From: a virus
Lineage: Duplodnaviria > Heunggongvirae > Uroviricota > Caudoviricetes
DNA: 64,000 nt
Virus record (IMG/VR): IMGVR_UViG_3300032167_000010
Strand: one strand, 5' to 3'
In this document: positions 18,497-28,852 of the stretch, piece after piece
Layout of the letters: each line of letters starts with the position of its first letter
Numbering within the stretch: position 1 is the stretch's first letter
Translations under genes and position numbers: made by a program
The notes under the pieces: generated by a model
The model's input: the letters and a program-made list of their open reading frames with translations, nothing else
Told to the model about the DNA's origin: nothing
Database searches by the model: none

Positions 18497-20542
18497 ATGA
18501 TATCAAACGAATTAAATTTAGAACAACTAAATAGTCTGTCTCCTGAAGAACGAGCTCTGGCCCTAGAGATACTAAAAGAAATATCACAAGAAGGCCAGTC
18601 TGCTTTATTAGATGACCTAAAATATTCAGACTTCGAAGAGATACCTGTCGATATAATGACATTTATTTCTGACGAGCGCTATCTTGGACGTGGCCTGTGG
18701 ATAAAGGATGAATTTACAAATGAGCGAAAATGCACAGTGTTCCCGTACTGGATTGAAAAACTAAAAGAAATTTTTCCTGATAATATAACGACTAGATATA
18801 ATACGGTTATTCTAACAGGCTCTATCGGTCTTGGTAAATCATTTATTGCAGTTGTATGTCAGTTATATTTATTATATAGAATGCTTTGTTTAAAAGACCC
18901 TTATACATATTATGGGTTGCAACCCATAGATAAGATCACGTTCTCAATGTTAAACGTAACTATTGAAGCAGCACAAGGCGTTGGCTGGGATAAAATGCAA
19001 CAGCTACTACAAAGCTCTGACTGGTTTATGGAACGAGGTAATATGAATGCTAGCCGAACAAACCCACAATGGCAACCGCCTAAAGGAATTGAGCTTGTAT
19101 TTGGTTCTAGTAATAGACACGTAGTTGGTCGTGCGCTATTTTCAAATTTCTCAGATGAAGTTAACTTTGGCGTTGGTAATAACGTAGAGAAACAGAAAGC
19201 TAAGCTTAAGAAAATGATTTCTCAGATCGACGCTCGTATGATTTCTCGTTTTGGTAAAGGTACCTACCTTCCAACGATGAACATCATCGCTTCTTCAAAA
19301 GATTCAGAACAAGCGTTTATGGAATCTTATATTGAAATGAAGCGACAAAATGAAAGTAAAACTACTCTTATTGTAGACGAACCGCAGTGGATTGTTAGAA
19401 ATGATAAAGGCTCGCCAGATGACCCTGGTAGCTTCTATGTCGCTGTTGGTAATAAATTCTTAGCACATGAGCTGCTTCCAGTAAACGCTACAGAAGAAGA
19501 AGTAAATGCCTATAGAGAAAAAGGCTATTATATGTTAAAAGTTCCTCCTATTTATCGAGAAGCTTTTGAAGATAATATCGACCTTGCTTTGACAGATAAC
19601 GCAGGTATTTCTACTTCAAGCTCTACTAAATATATTTCTGGTGTTAGACTAAATCAAATTAAAACCGATACTTATAAAAATCCATTTACTAAAGATATTA
19701 TTGAAGTTGGTAATAGTCCTGAGGATATTATGCAGTACTCTAATTTCTTTGACTTATCGAGAGTCACCCCGAGAGATATGGCAAGACCCTTGTTCATCCA
19801 TCTGGATATGTCGCTATCTGGGGACAAAACCGGTATTGCAGGCATATGGATAACGGGTAAAAGACCTCCACAGGCTGGAAGTAATGACCCGGGCAAAGAG
19901 CTTGAGTTTAAGCTCGCTTTCTCAGTATCTGTAAAAGCTCCAAAAGGATTCCAAGTAAGCTTTGAGAAAAATAGAAACTTTATACGCTGGTTACGAGACC
20001 GTGGCTTTGCGATTAAAGGAGTTTCGTCAGATACTTATCAATCTGCTCAGATTCAACAACAACTAAAAGCAGACGGTTTTAATACTAAGATACTTTCGGT
20101 TGACCGTGTAGACAGTACAACTAAGCAGTGCTTACCGTATGCTTTCTTTAAATCTGCTATCTATGAAAGACATTTGCAGATGTATAAAGATTGCACATTA
20201 CTAACAGAAGAAATTGTTAGTTTAGAAAGACTTTCTGATGGGCACATTGACCACCCGCAAAACTTTTCAAAAGACCAAGCCGACGCCGTCTGCGGTTCAT
20301 TATTTCTAGCGAGTGAGTTTGCTGAAGAATATTCGTATGACTATGGCGAAAACTTAGAGACTTCTTTAGAAGTAAACAGTGCTTCTGATGATTTTAAAAA
20401 GCAACAAATGATTGCGGACTTCCAAGAAGAGCTTACTAAAATATATAGTGAAATGTATATGGCTCAAGAAGCCTTAGACTATAAGAAAAAACAAGAATAT
20501 GAAACATACCAAGATATTATGAATGGTATTATTATTTTATAA
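18497..20542 (+). CDS. Terminase large subunit
   Basis: Walker A LTGSIGLGKS, Walker B FSDE, RNase H-like HLDMSLSGD, IDHP...KDQADA; directly upstream of the portal gene. Confidence 0.92.
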   Translation: MISNELNLEQLNSLSPEERALALEILKEISQEGQSALLDDLKYSDFEEIPVDIMTFISDERYLGRGLWIKDEFTNERKCTVFPYWIEKLKEIFPDNITTRYNTVILTGSIGLGKSFIAVVCQLYLLYRMLCLKDPYTYYGLQPIDKITFSMLNVTIEAAQGVGWDKMQQLLQSSDWFMERGNMNASRTNPQWQPPKGIELVFGSSNRHVVGRALFSNFSDEVNFGVGNNVEKQKAKLKKMISQIDARMISRFGKGTYLPTMNIIASSKDSEQAFMESYIEMKRQNESKTTLIVDEPQWIVRNDKGSPDDPGSFYVAVGNKFLAHELLPVNATEEEVNAYREKGYYMLKVPPIYREAFEDNIDLALTDNAGISTSSSTKYISGVRLNQIKTDTYKNPFTKDIIEVGNSPEDIMQYSNFFDLSRVTPRDMARPLFIHLDMSLSGDKTGIAGIWITGKRPPQAGSNDPGKELEFKLAFSVSVKAPKGFQVSFEKNRNFIRWLRDRGFAIKGVSSDTYQSAQIQQQLKADGFNTKILSVDRVDSTTKQCLPYAFFKSAIYERHLQMYKDCTLLTEEIVSLERLSDGHIDHPQNFSKDQADAVCGSLFLASEFAEEYSYDYGENLETSLEVNSASDDFKKQQMIADFQEELTKIYSEMYMAQEALDYKKKQEYETYQDIMNGIIIL

Positions 20543-20556
20543 GGAGACCATAGAAT

Positions 20557-22515
20557 ATGGCGGAAAATAAAAATCCAAAAAAGAAAACGTCTCATCCACT
20601 AGTTGGAAGTCAAGCTAAACCGGTAACTCTAGATACCACTACCACTTTGGATATTGATGTTAAAAATACACTAGTAGATAACATTATTGAAGCTGGCCTA
20701 TCCGGTGGGCTTGATATGGCAGCTATTGAAAACTTTACAAGTGTGTCAAACTCACGTGACCAAATTTATCAAATGATTGATACGATGTCACAGGACTCTT
20801 CAGTATCTGCAATATTAAGAACATTTGCAGAAGACGTGTGTGAACCTTCAGATAATGGCCACGTTATTTGGTGTGAGGCTAGCGATTCCCAAATTAGTAA
20901 ATTTGTAAATTACTTATTAAATGTCATGAATGCTGATAAAAATATGTATGGCTGGACACATTCTTTACTTAAATATGGTGACCTATACTTACGTCTTTTT
21001 AGAGAGTCAGACTACACAGATGAGTTGTTTAAATCAGACAAAATTGACCAAGCCTATACAGCTAGAAGCACTTTAAATGAAGCTTTTGGCTTGGATTTTG
21101 AAGAAAAGAAAGAAGAAAACAAAGAAAAACTGGACGAGGCGGTTAAGTTAAATCTACATAAAGCTTTAGACTTATATAGCTATTATGTTGAAGCTGTTGA
21201 TGACCCCGGTACTATGTTTGAATTGACCAAATTTGGTAAAACTTATGGTTATATAGAAACTCCTAATGTAGAGTCAAACCTAGATGCGCTCTCTGCTTTC
21301 ACAGGTACAACCACTTCTGGAGTATACAACTTTAGAATGAAGTCAGCTGATGTAAATGTATGGCAAGCGGATGACTTTGTACATGCATGTTTAGAAGACA
21401 ACTTTACTAGATATCCAGAGACTGTAGAATTATTTATTGATACAGAAGGTAAAAAGAGCCAATCTTATAGTGTACGCCGTGGTAAGTCTCTTCTTTATGA
21501 CTCATATAAGATCTGGCGTGAAAAAGCACTTCTTGAAAATGCTGCATTATTAAACAGAATTACTCGTTCAAGTATTGTTCGTAAAGTTGGTGTTGAAGTT
21601 GGCGATATGCCAAAAGAGCAAGTACAACAAACACTCCGTCGCGTTAAAGAAATGATGGAACAGAAGAGTGCTATCAATGTCGGCAATGGGATGACAGAAT
21701 ACAATAACCCAGGGCCTATTGAAAATAATATTTATTTTGCTACACACGGTGGTCAAGGTAATATTACTGTTGAAGCTGTTGGCGGTGATGTTGAAGTTAA
21801 GAATCTAGCTGACCTTGATTGGTGGAATAATAAATTCTATTCATCTTACGGCATACCCAAGCAATATTTTGGGTGGACAGATGATGGTGCAGGCTTTAAT
21901 GGTGGTACGTCATTAACAATTTTGTCAAGTGTTTATGCTAAAAGTGTTAAGCGTGTTCAAAATGCGATGATCCAAGCACTAACTGATGCTATAAATCTTT
22001 TCTTGCTAAATAGAGGCTTAAAGAGTTATTTAAATAACTTTACCTTGAAAATGAAAGCGCCAGTTACTCAGGAAGAAATTGATTATCGTGCTGACCTTAC
22101 CAATAAGATTAATGCCATTAGTAGTATTCAAGGATTATTTACTGACATTGAAGATAAACCACGTAGACTACGTATTCTTAAAGCACTTATTGGTAACTTA
22201 AACTTCGGAGATGACCTAAATGTCGAAATCGATTCAGAAATTAAAGCTCTTGAAGAGGCTGCGGCAAAGGCAGTTGAAGAAGCAGAACAAACCGAGACAG
22301 AAACTGCTGAAGAAAATTCTTCAGAAGCGCCTGCAGAGGATACTAGTGATTCAACTGATATGGATCTTGGCTCATTAGATGCACTAGAATCGTTTAGTGC
22401 ACACGAAGGTGATATATTATTAGAAGACCAAACAGGACTTGATATACTAACTGAAGATGATCTTCCTTCTCCTGCTGACCTTGACGCAGACAAAGATTTT
22501 TCAGAAAATAACTAA
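20557..22515 (+). CDS. Portal protein (T4 gp20-like)
   Basis: LLENAALLNRITRSSIVRKVGVEVGDMPK and KFYSSYGIP match T4-type portal segments; position after terL. Confidence 0.9.
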   Translation: MAENKNPKKKTSHPLVGSQAKPVTLDTTTTLDIDVKNTLVDNIIEAGLSGGLDMAAIENFTSVSNSRDQIYQMIDTMSQDSSVSAILRTFAEDVCEPSDNGHVIWCEASDSQISKFVNYLLNVMNADKNMYGWTHSLLKYGDLYLRLFRESDYTDELFKSDKIDQAYTARSTLNEAFGLDFEEKKEENKEKLDEAVKLNLHKALDLYSYYVEAVDDPGTMFELTKFGKTYGYIETPNVESNLDALSAFTGTTTSGVYNFRMKSADVNVWQADDFVHACLEDNFTRYPETVELFIDTEGKKSQSYSVRRGKSLLYDSYKIWREKALLENAALLNRITRSSIVRKVGVEVGDMPKEQVQQTLRRVKEMMEQKSAINVGNGMTEYNNPGPIENNIYFATHGGQGNITVEAVGGDVEVKNLADLDWWNNKFYSSYGIPKQYFGWTDDGAGFNGGTSLTILSSVYAKSVKRVQNAMIQALTDAINLFLLNRGLKSYLNNFTLKMKAPVTQEEIDYRADLTNKINAISSIQGLFTDIEDKPRRLRILKALIGNLNFGDDLNVEIDSEIKALEEAAAKAVEEAEQTETETAEENSSEAPAEDTSDSTDMDLGSLDALESFSAHEGDILLEDQTGLDILTEDDLPSPADLDADKDFSENN

Positions 22516-22539
22516 TATATAAAAATTGAGAGGCTAAAA

Positions 22540-23013
22540 ATGATTACAAAAAATGACTGCTTAACTATCTTAGTAGCACTTGAAGATAAGGGTATAAGTA
22601 TTAATAAACCAATGAAAGCTTTAGTAACATCTAAAGAAATTCCAATGGAAGTTTTAAAATTTATTTTAGATAACCGCGGAAGTGACGTTGCTAATTTCTA
22701 TGAAATGCTTCGTAAAAAGCATAATCAAAAGAAATCACCTCTATATCATAATATTGTTAAAGATATAGAAGACACCGATGAAGTCATTACTACTCTTGCT
22801 TGCTTGTTAGTGCAAATTACTTTATATAGTAATAAACTTAGCACTAATAAAGAGATTTTTCAGCGTGAGGTGCGTGCTGAAGAGATTACAAGAGTGCTTA
22901 ACAAGTACTATGACTCAGGTGACTTTAGTCAGTGCTTAGCGCTACTTAAGCTGATAAAAGCAGATATGCTAGTGCTTGAGTACATCAGTGGGCGTAGACA
23001 AGCCTTAAATTAA
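22540..23013 (+). CDS. Hypothetical protein (head module)
   Basis: SD GAGAGG. Confidence 0.75.
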   Translation: MITKNDCLTILVALEDKGISINKPMKALVTSKEIPMEVLKFILDNRGSDVANFYEMLRKKHNQKKSPLYHNIVKDIEDTDEVITTLACLLVQITLYSNKLSTNKEIFQREVRAEEITRVLNKYYDSGDFSQCLALLKLIKADMLVLEYISGRRQALN

Positions 23014-23035
23014 ATTAAAATTTTAAATAAAAAAT

Positions 23036-23070
23036 AAACTACGTTAACAAAAGTGACGTAGTTTATTTTT
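23036..23070 (+). terminator. Intrinsic terminator
   Basis: AAACTACGTTA/TGACGTAGTTT. Confidence 0.7.
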
Positions 23071-23085
23071 TATTTAAAATTATTC

Positions 23086-23094
23086 GCTAAATTA
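23086..23094 (+). promoter_or_regulatory. Late-type promoter GCTAAATTA
   Basis: Exact motif. Confidence 0.7.
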
Positions 23095-23152
23095 ATTGAT
23101 TAGACGGATGTCTAAAAATATGTAAATAATACCTAATAAGGAGACATTTATA

Positions 23153-23548
23153 ATGGAATTAAAAAATGGCTATAAATTAATTTATGAAGTCGTTGAAAAT
23201 GGGGTAAGAAAATTCAGAGCCTCTAAAACTGGCGTACCTGCAGTAGATGATTATGTTATTACCTCTAACACAATCGGCACTAATAAGCTTGTTTACGAGT
23301 ATAAAGGCAACTTCTATGGTACCGGTGATAAATTCATTCCTACATACAATGAAGATGGCACCCCTGCCGATACAGCGCTTATCTCTGATGAAGCTTTTGC
23401 AGAAGTGTTTGTTGAAGCTACTGAACCAGTAGCTGCTTCAGTAGAACCTGAAGCAAGCGAAGAACCTGAAAAAGAACCCGTTGCTGAACCTGAGATAAAG
23501 GATGAAATTCCAGCTCCAGAAGAACCTGCAGCTGACCCTGTTGAATAA
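23153..23548 (+). CDS. Hypothetical protein with P/E-rich tail
   Basis: Own late motif; SD AAGGAG. Confidence 0.75.
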   Translation: MELKNGYKLIYEVVENGVRKFRASKTGVPAVDDYVITSNTIGTNKLVYEYKGNFYGTGDKFIPTYNEDGTPADTALISDEAFAEVFVEATEPVAASVEPEASEEPEKEPVAEPEIKDEIPAPEEPAADPVE

Positions 23549-23582
23549 ATTATTAAATTATTAATTAAATAATTTAATATTA

Positions 23583-23591
23583 GCTAAATTA
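23583..23591 (+). promoter_or_regulatory. Late-type promoter GCTAAATTA
   Basis: Upstream of the protease and capsid genes. Confidence 0.75.
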
Positions 23592-23620
23592 TTTAGATTA
23601 CTGTAACTAAGAGGATAATT

Positions 23621-25561
23621 ATGGATTTAAAAAATAAGAAAATTCTTGAAGCGTTACAGATGCAGCCATTGTCCCAAGAGGAAATGAGCTCTAGACATAT
23701 CTTAGGCAGAATGTACGGTCCTATCGCATCTTGTGTAGAGAGTACCAGAAATACTAGACTATACAATAGAGAGCTTTGGGAAAAAGCTCTTAAAGATGAG
23801 ATTTTCTTAGAGAAAGTTGCTACTAAAGCACTTTTCTTGGAACTTGGACATCCCGCTGACAGAGAAGAAACTGATATGAAGCAAACATGTGCTTGTATCC
23901 CAGAAGTTCCTAAAATTGTCGGCGATGACCTTTGTGCCTATGTTGATATTTTAGACACCCCTAATGGTAGACTGCTAAAAACGCTTGTAGATTATGGATT
24001 CGTTCCTGGAATCAGCTCTCGCGGTTCTGGTGACGTTATGGATAATAATCAAGTAGACCCTGAAACTTTCTTTTTGGAAACTTGGGATATTGTTCAATTA
24101 CCAGCAGTTAAAAAAGCAAGATTAAATATCTGTGAATCTTTAGACTCTGAAGGCGTTAAGCTTAAAAAAGCTTTAGCTGAGTCTTATAAGGCTGCTAAAG
24201 AAGAGGACAAAGACACTATGAAAAAAGCATTAGAAAATCTTAATATTGATATTGAAGAAGAGCTTTCTGAAAATGAAGTAGTTGAAGAAACAGCTCATAA
24301 GAAACTTCTTACTGCAGATGATATTCCTTGGGCAGATGATGAAGAAGAAATTCTTAATGAAGAAATGCCTGCCGACGAAGAAGAGGTAGAAGAAACAGCT
24401 GAGGTAGAAGAAGAGACTACAGAAAATACTTCCGAAGAAGCTACAGAGGCAGAAGAAACCGAAGATGAAGCTGCTGAAGAACCCATAGAAGAAGTTCCTG
24501 AAGACGGAACTGTAGATGTTGATTCTACTGAAGAAGATGAAATTAATACCGTTGGTGATGCTATTGAAATGCTTCAAGAGTATGACGACGATATGTTATT
24601 ACAACTTGAACCTATTGAAATCGATGGTGAAGAGTATGAAGTAGATACTATTAACCACTTTATCGATGACGAAGGTGACAAAGATATATTAGTACTTGGT
24701 GTTAACTGCAAAGAAGCTGAAGAAAGTTCAGATGATGCAGATTCAAATATAGAGACTGAAACTGAAACTGAAGAAACTCCTGTTGAAACTATTGAAGAAG
24801 TAGACGAAACGGAAGATTCAGCCGACGATGACGGAGAAGACGAAGTAATCGAAAGCTTGAAAGAAGTAGTTAGACAGAAGGAAGCTTTGGAAAACGAAGT
24901 TAGTGATTTGCGTAAAGCTAAATCAGTTGGTGATGCCAAAGAACAAGAGTTACAAGAAAAACTAGACCGTTACAGAACTGCGTTTAAAAATACAAGCGCT
25001 GAAGCTGCAAAAGTTCCTGAGCTAGAAGCTAAGGTTAAAGAGCTCACTGAAAAATTAGCACAATCAAATGTAACAATTACAACGTTAACTGAAAAGGTTA
25101 ACAAAGCACAACAGCTAAAAGAGAGTATTGAAGGCAATAAAGCAAATGAAAAACGCTTAAATGAAGAGTTGTCTAAAGCTACTGAAAAGTCTAAAGCTCT
25201 TGAAGCTAAGTTAGAAGGTCAAACAAAAGTTTATACTGAAAAGTTAAACGAAAGAACAAATTTAGCTAAAGCTTATAAAGCTCGCTTTATTGAAACTCTT
25301 ACAAAATATGTTGAATCTAAAGCAAGCCAATTGGGCGTAGCACCTTCTGAAATTACAAGCCGCCTCAATGAAAATTATACTCTTAAAGATGTTGATGCTG
25401 TTTGTGACCAAATTCTTGAATCTACTGTTAACTTCAGTAGACTTCCTTTCGGCGGAAGAACTAAGACGTCGGCACGTGTTACTGAGTCTGTTTCTAAACA
25501 GCGAGTAAATTACGATGATGATCTTAGTGACCTTTATGAGCTCGCTGGATTGAAGAAATAA
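23621..25561 (+). CDS. Prohead protease fused to acidic/coiled-coil scaffold (T4 gp21 + gp22-like)
   Basis: ELGHP, GISSRGSG and WDIV protease motifs, then acidic and coiled-coil regions rich in L/I-x-E-S. Confidence 0.9.
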   Translation: MDLKNKKILEALQMQPLSQEEMSSRHILGRMYGPIASCVESTRNTRLYNRELWEKALKDEIFLEKVATKALFLELGHPADREETDMKQTCACIPEVPKIVGDDLCAYVDILDTPNGRLLKTLVDYGFVPGISSRGSGDVMDNNQVDPETFFLETWDIVQLPAVKKARLNICESLDSEGVKLKKALAESYKAAKEEDKDTMKKALENLNIDIEEELSENEVVEETAHKKLLTADDIPWADDEEEILNEEMPADEEEVEETAEVEEETTENTSEEATEAEETEDEAAEEPIEEVPEDGTVDVDSTEEDEINTVGDAIEMLQEYDDDMLLQLEPIEIDGEEYEVDTINHFIDDEGDKDILVLGVNCKEAEESSDDADSNIETETETEETPVETIEEVDETEDSADDDGEDEVIESLKEVVRQKEALENEVSDLRKAKSVGDAKEQELQEKLDRYRTAFKNTSAEAAKVPELEAKVKELTEKLAQSNVTITTLTEKVNKAQQLKESIEGNKANEKRLNEELSKATEKSKALEAKLEGQTKVYTEKLNERTNLAKAYKARFIETLTKYVESKASQLGVAPSEITSRLNENYTLKDVDAVCDQILESTVNFSRLPFGGRTKTSARVTESVSKQRVNYDDDLSDLYELAGLKK

Positions 25562-25614
25562 ACTTTAAGCTCAAAAACAAAATAGAAAAATTAAAATTTA
25601 AAAAGAGGTATATT

Positions 25615-26934
25615 ATGAGACAAAATCTTTTAGAGACTTATTCTCGTCAACTCAAAGTTGCAGAAGCTTATGTTTCTAAGAACTTTGATGGCAAACAAAT
25701 GTCTAGCAACACAGCTCTTACTACTGCTGTTCTTTTAGACAATACTAACCGTTGGATTACTGAATCTCTCAGCAATGAAATCGGTGCTTCTAACCGTGGC
25801 GATATGGGCGCTTGGAAGAAATTCTGCTTAAATTTAACTAATATTGCAGTTCCTTCTCTTATTGCTAACGACTTAGTTATCGTTCATCCTATGACTTCTT
25901 ACTCTGGTTCTGTAGCATACCTTGAATACGTTTCTCTTACTGATAAGGGCGGCGTTAAGAAAGGTGATATGTTCAACAGCGTATTCGGACATGGTGAAAT
26001 GGACGAAGCTCGTCAAAACTTCACTTCTCAAGTTGTTATCGAAACTGTTGGTGAAGATGGCAAACTTACTTTCGTAGGCACAGATGATGTGATTGTTGCT
26101 GACGGCTTCAAATACATGGACGAAGAAAGCCACGCTATGAAAACTGCTACTTACAAAGTAAATGGTAAGTATACTAACGAAGCTCCTAAGGCTGGTGATA
26201 AAGTTGCATATGTAATCGACAGATTCCAAATGGAAAAAGTTCCTGCTAAGGAAATTCCTGCTATCGGTCCTAGAATGAAACACATCCCTCTAGTTGCTGA
26301 ACCTAGACGTATCGCTGTTCGTTATGATCAAATCACCGCTTTCCAAGCTAAAACTGATTATGGTTTCTCTCTTGACAAACAAATCGCTGAACAAGCTTGC
26401 GGTGAATTAGCATACGAAATCGATACTGAAATCGTAGCAATGCTTAAAGAAGGTGCAGGTGAAGCTCAAGCTGAACTTACTTGGAGCAAAACACTTCCTG
26501 CAGGTGTTTCTAAATTCGAACACTATAATGGTTTCCTTGAAGTTGTTGAAATGGCTAAAGCTATTATCTACAACAGAACTAAGAAATTCCATCCTAACTA
26601 CATGGTAATCGCTTCTGACGTTCTTCCTGTTCTTCGTTTCATCAACGGTTTCACCGCTGTTAAAACTGCTAAAATGAACGGTCCTTACAAAGTAGGTGAA
26701 TTAGACGGCTTAGCTGTTTACGTATCTCCTTTAATGGGTTCTGGCGAATTCTTCTTAGGTTTAAATGGTAGCGATATGATGAGCTCTGCTGGTGTTTATG
26801 CTCCTTACATGGCAATCGTTCCTACTCAATTACTTGGAACTCCAGACGGTGGTCTTGCTCAAGGCTTCTCTACTTGGTATGCTAAAGCTCTTCTTAACAA
26901 GAACTTATTAGTTGCTGGTAAAATTGAAGCGTAA
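25615..26934 (+). CDS. Major capsid protein (T4 gp23-like)
   Basis: PSLIANDLVIVHPM, QIAEQACGELAYEIDTEI and YAPYM; strong codon bias; probable cleavage at WITE|S. Confidence 0.93.
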   Translation: MRQNLLETYSRQLKVAEAYVSKNFDGKQMSSNTALTTAVLLDNTNRWITESLSNEIGASNRGDMGAWKKFCLNLTNIAVPSLIANDLVIVHPMTSYSGSVAYLEYVSLTDKGGVKKGDMFNSVFGHGEMDEARQNFTSQVVIETVGEDGKLTFVGTDDVIVADGFKYMDEESHAMKTATYKVNGKYTNEAPKAGDKVAYVIDRFQMEKVPAKEIPAIGPRMKHIPLVAEPRRIAVRYDQITAFQAKTDYGFSLDKQIAEQACGELAYEIDTEIVAMLKEGAGEAQAELTWSKTLPAGVSKFEHYNGFLEVVEMAKAIIYNRTKKFHPNYMVIASDVLPVLRFINGFTAVKTAKMNGPYKVGELDGLAVYVSPLMGSGEFFLGLNGSDMMSSAGVYAPYMAIVPTQLLGTPDGGLAQGFSTWYAKALLNKNLLVAGKIEA

Positions 26935-26958
26935 TTAAGACTTAAAATTTAAATATTA

Positions 26959-26988
26959 AAAACCTCTCTAATATTAGAGAGGTTTTTT
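26959..26988 (+). terminator. Intrinsic terminator
   Basis: AAAACCTCTCTAA/TTAGAGAGGTTTT. Confidence 0.85.
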
Positions 26989-27009
26989 CTTTACCTTTGC
27001 AAATTATCT

Positions 27010-27018
27010 GCTAAATTA
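27010..27018 (+). promoter_or_regulatory. Late-type promoter GCTAAATTA
   Basis: Exact motif. Confidence 0.7.
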
Positions 27019-27054
27019 ATTAGATAAAAATTTTAAATAGGAGTTTTTGTTTCT

Positions 27055-28008
27055 ATGGATAGACGTAGATTTTATACTAACAATAGTCTTACTGAAAGTT
27101 TTCTTTCTGAGAATCAAAAAGCTAAACTTTTAGAAGAAACTTTTGATGAACTTAGTCGTTTATATGAAGCTGATGAAACCTCAGCACAAGATACTGCTAA
27201 TGCCGCTGAAGCTCAAAAACAAACAAGTGAAAATGAAGCACAGGCAAAAGATGTTTTAAATAAGCTAAAAGATACAGATTACGAACAGTTTGTTAAAATT
27301 TTAAATAGTGATGGAAAGTCAAAAGAATTTTTAGCTTTTTTAACTAAACATTATAATTTAGGCGATAATACAATTCAAACAGTTAAACAATCTGGTGCAA
27401 AACTTGCAAAAGGTAAATGTTCGCAATTAATTCCTACCCAACAAAATATTTCGTTAAGTAAGTCTTTAGGTATGATTAATAAACCAGGTTGGTCTGAAAA
27501 AATCATTAATACTCCTTTAGAAGCTTTTGATGATCCTACTATTGTATATGCCGGAAAGTATATAATTGATGGTCATCACAGATGGTCTAAAGCTTATGCG
27601 CTTAACGGAGGGGATTCAGAAATTAAAGTATTAAATTTCCCTGCTATTGATGGCGTATCTTGGGAAGATATGCTAAAAGCAACTCAGTTGGCGATTGTTG
27701 CAGCTAATCCTAATGCTAAGCTAGTTAATGAAGTGGGAAATGATAATATGCTAAAATCATCTAAAGATGAAATTAAAGAATTTGTTATTAATAATGTTTG
27801 TGATGAGGTTGTAAATGCTCTTAAAGCCAAAGGCAGAGGCAACAATAAAGAGACAGTTGCAGATAAGATTGGCGACAATGTGCTTGAGATGCAAAAAACT
27901 AGTCAACCAGTAAGCGGAGCTGCACCTAGGTCTGTTATGCCACAAACTGACGCGGCCCCTGGCTCTCTAGATAAATTGCAAAAAGCGGTAATAGATTTAG
28001 AAGCTTAA
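27055..28008 (+). CDS. ParB/Srx-like domain protein
   Basis: YIIDGHHRW; upstream LIPTQ strand; N-terminal SLTES, LLEE and LYEA. Confidence 0.75.
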   Translation: MDRRRFYTNNSLTESFLSENQKAKLLEETFDELSRLYEADETSAQDTANAAEAQKQTSENEAQAKDVLNKLKDTDYEQFVKILNSDGKSKEFLAFLTKHYNLGDNTIQTVKQSGAKLAKGKCSQLIPTQQNISLSKSLGMINKPGWSEKIINTPLEAFDDPTIVYAGKYIIDGHHRWSKAYALNGGDSEIKVLNFPAIDGVSWEDMLKATQLAIVAANPNAKLVNEVGNDNMLKSSKDEIKEFVINNVCDEVVNALKAKGRGNNKETVADKIGDNVLEMQKTSQPVSGAAPRSVMPQTDAAPGSLDKLQKAVIDLEA

Positions 28009-28032
28009 ATTTACTAAAACAGTATAAATTAT

Positions 28033-28062
28033 AGAGAACTAATAATATTAGTTCTCTTTTTT
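28033..28062 (+). terminator. Intrinsic terminator
   Basis: AGAGAACTAA/TTAGTTCTCT plus T-run. Confidence 0.8.
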
Positions 28063-28082
28063 ATTACTTATTAAATTTATTT

Positions 28083-28091
28083 GCTAAATTA
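28083..28091 (+). promoter_or_regulatory. Late-type promoter GCTAAATTA
   Basis: Exact motif. Confidence 0.7.
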
Positions 28092-28121
28092 ATTAGATAT
28101 ATGCACGAGGAGTAAGAAACT

Positions 28122-28838
28122 ATGAAACTTGAAAATATTTTAGATGAAATCAAGCTCGAACTTACCGGCTATATACTAGATATGGAAATAACCGACGAAA
28201 CATTAGTTTCTGTAATTAATAAAGCTTTACGTGAACTGGCAAGATACTGGGATGAATCGACTAAAATTACTATTCCATATGCTTCTTGTATAAACCTAGA
28301 AGGTGAGTTTTTTGAAGAAAAAGTTAGTTCTATTGTAAAAGTGTATAGAACTGAAGGAATGGGCGATAGTGGCGGTTTGTCTGTTATTAATGACCCTGTC
28401 CAAATGGCTCAATTCGCTATATTTAGTAATGGTGGCACGATGTATAACCTACAAGATTATGTTATGAATTATGCATCATGGATGACAATGTACCAAATGA
28501 AAAATACAATGTCAACTGATATGTCTTTTACGGAAGACCGTCATAATAAAAAATTATATATTAATAACTATAATGCTCCACGTATGGTCACTGTTGAGTA
28601 TATTCCTAAGCTAACTTCGGTTGAGGATATCCAAAGTGATTATTGGATAGATATTTTAATTAAGTATTGTGTAGCATTAACAAAAGTAGTTCTCGGAAGA
28701 ATTAGAACTAGATTTACTCAGACAAATGCCCTTTGGACACAAGACGGTGAAAAAATTTTAGAAGAAGGTAATACTGAGTTAAAGGAACTTCGCGAAATAC
28801 TTCGTGTAAATAGTAATATGGTCTATATAATTGACTAA
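28122..28838 (+). CDS. Neck/head-completion protein (gp13-like)
   Basis: WI..Y..AL.K..LG.IR..F pattern and DGE.IL.EG..E; position in the module. Confidence 0.7.
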   Translation: MKLENILDEIKLELTGYILDMEITDETLVSVINKALRELARYWDESTKITIPYASCINLEGEFFEEKVSSIVKVYRTEGMGDSGGLSVINDPVQMAQFAIFSNGGTMYNLQDYVMNYASWMTMYQMKNTMSTDMSFTEDRHNKKLYINNYNAPRMVTVEYIPKLTSVEDIQSDYWIDILIKYCVALTKVVLGRIRTRFTQTNALWTQDGEKILEEGNTELKELREILRVNSNMVYIID

Positions 28839-28852
28839 GGAGATTAAATAAT

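Noticed and set aside
18497-20542. Inteins or introns in terL (also checked in nrdD and the helicase)
   Set aside because: Lengths and motif spacing look ordinary; no intein-like or endonuclease insertions seen.
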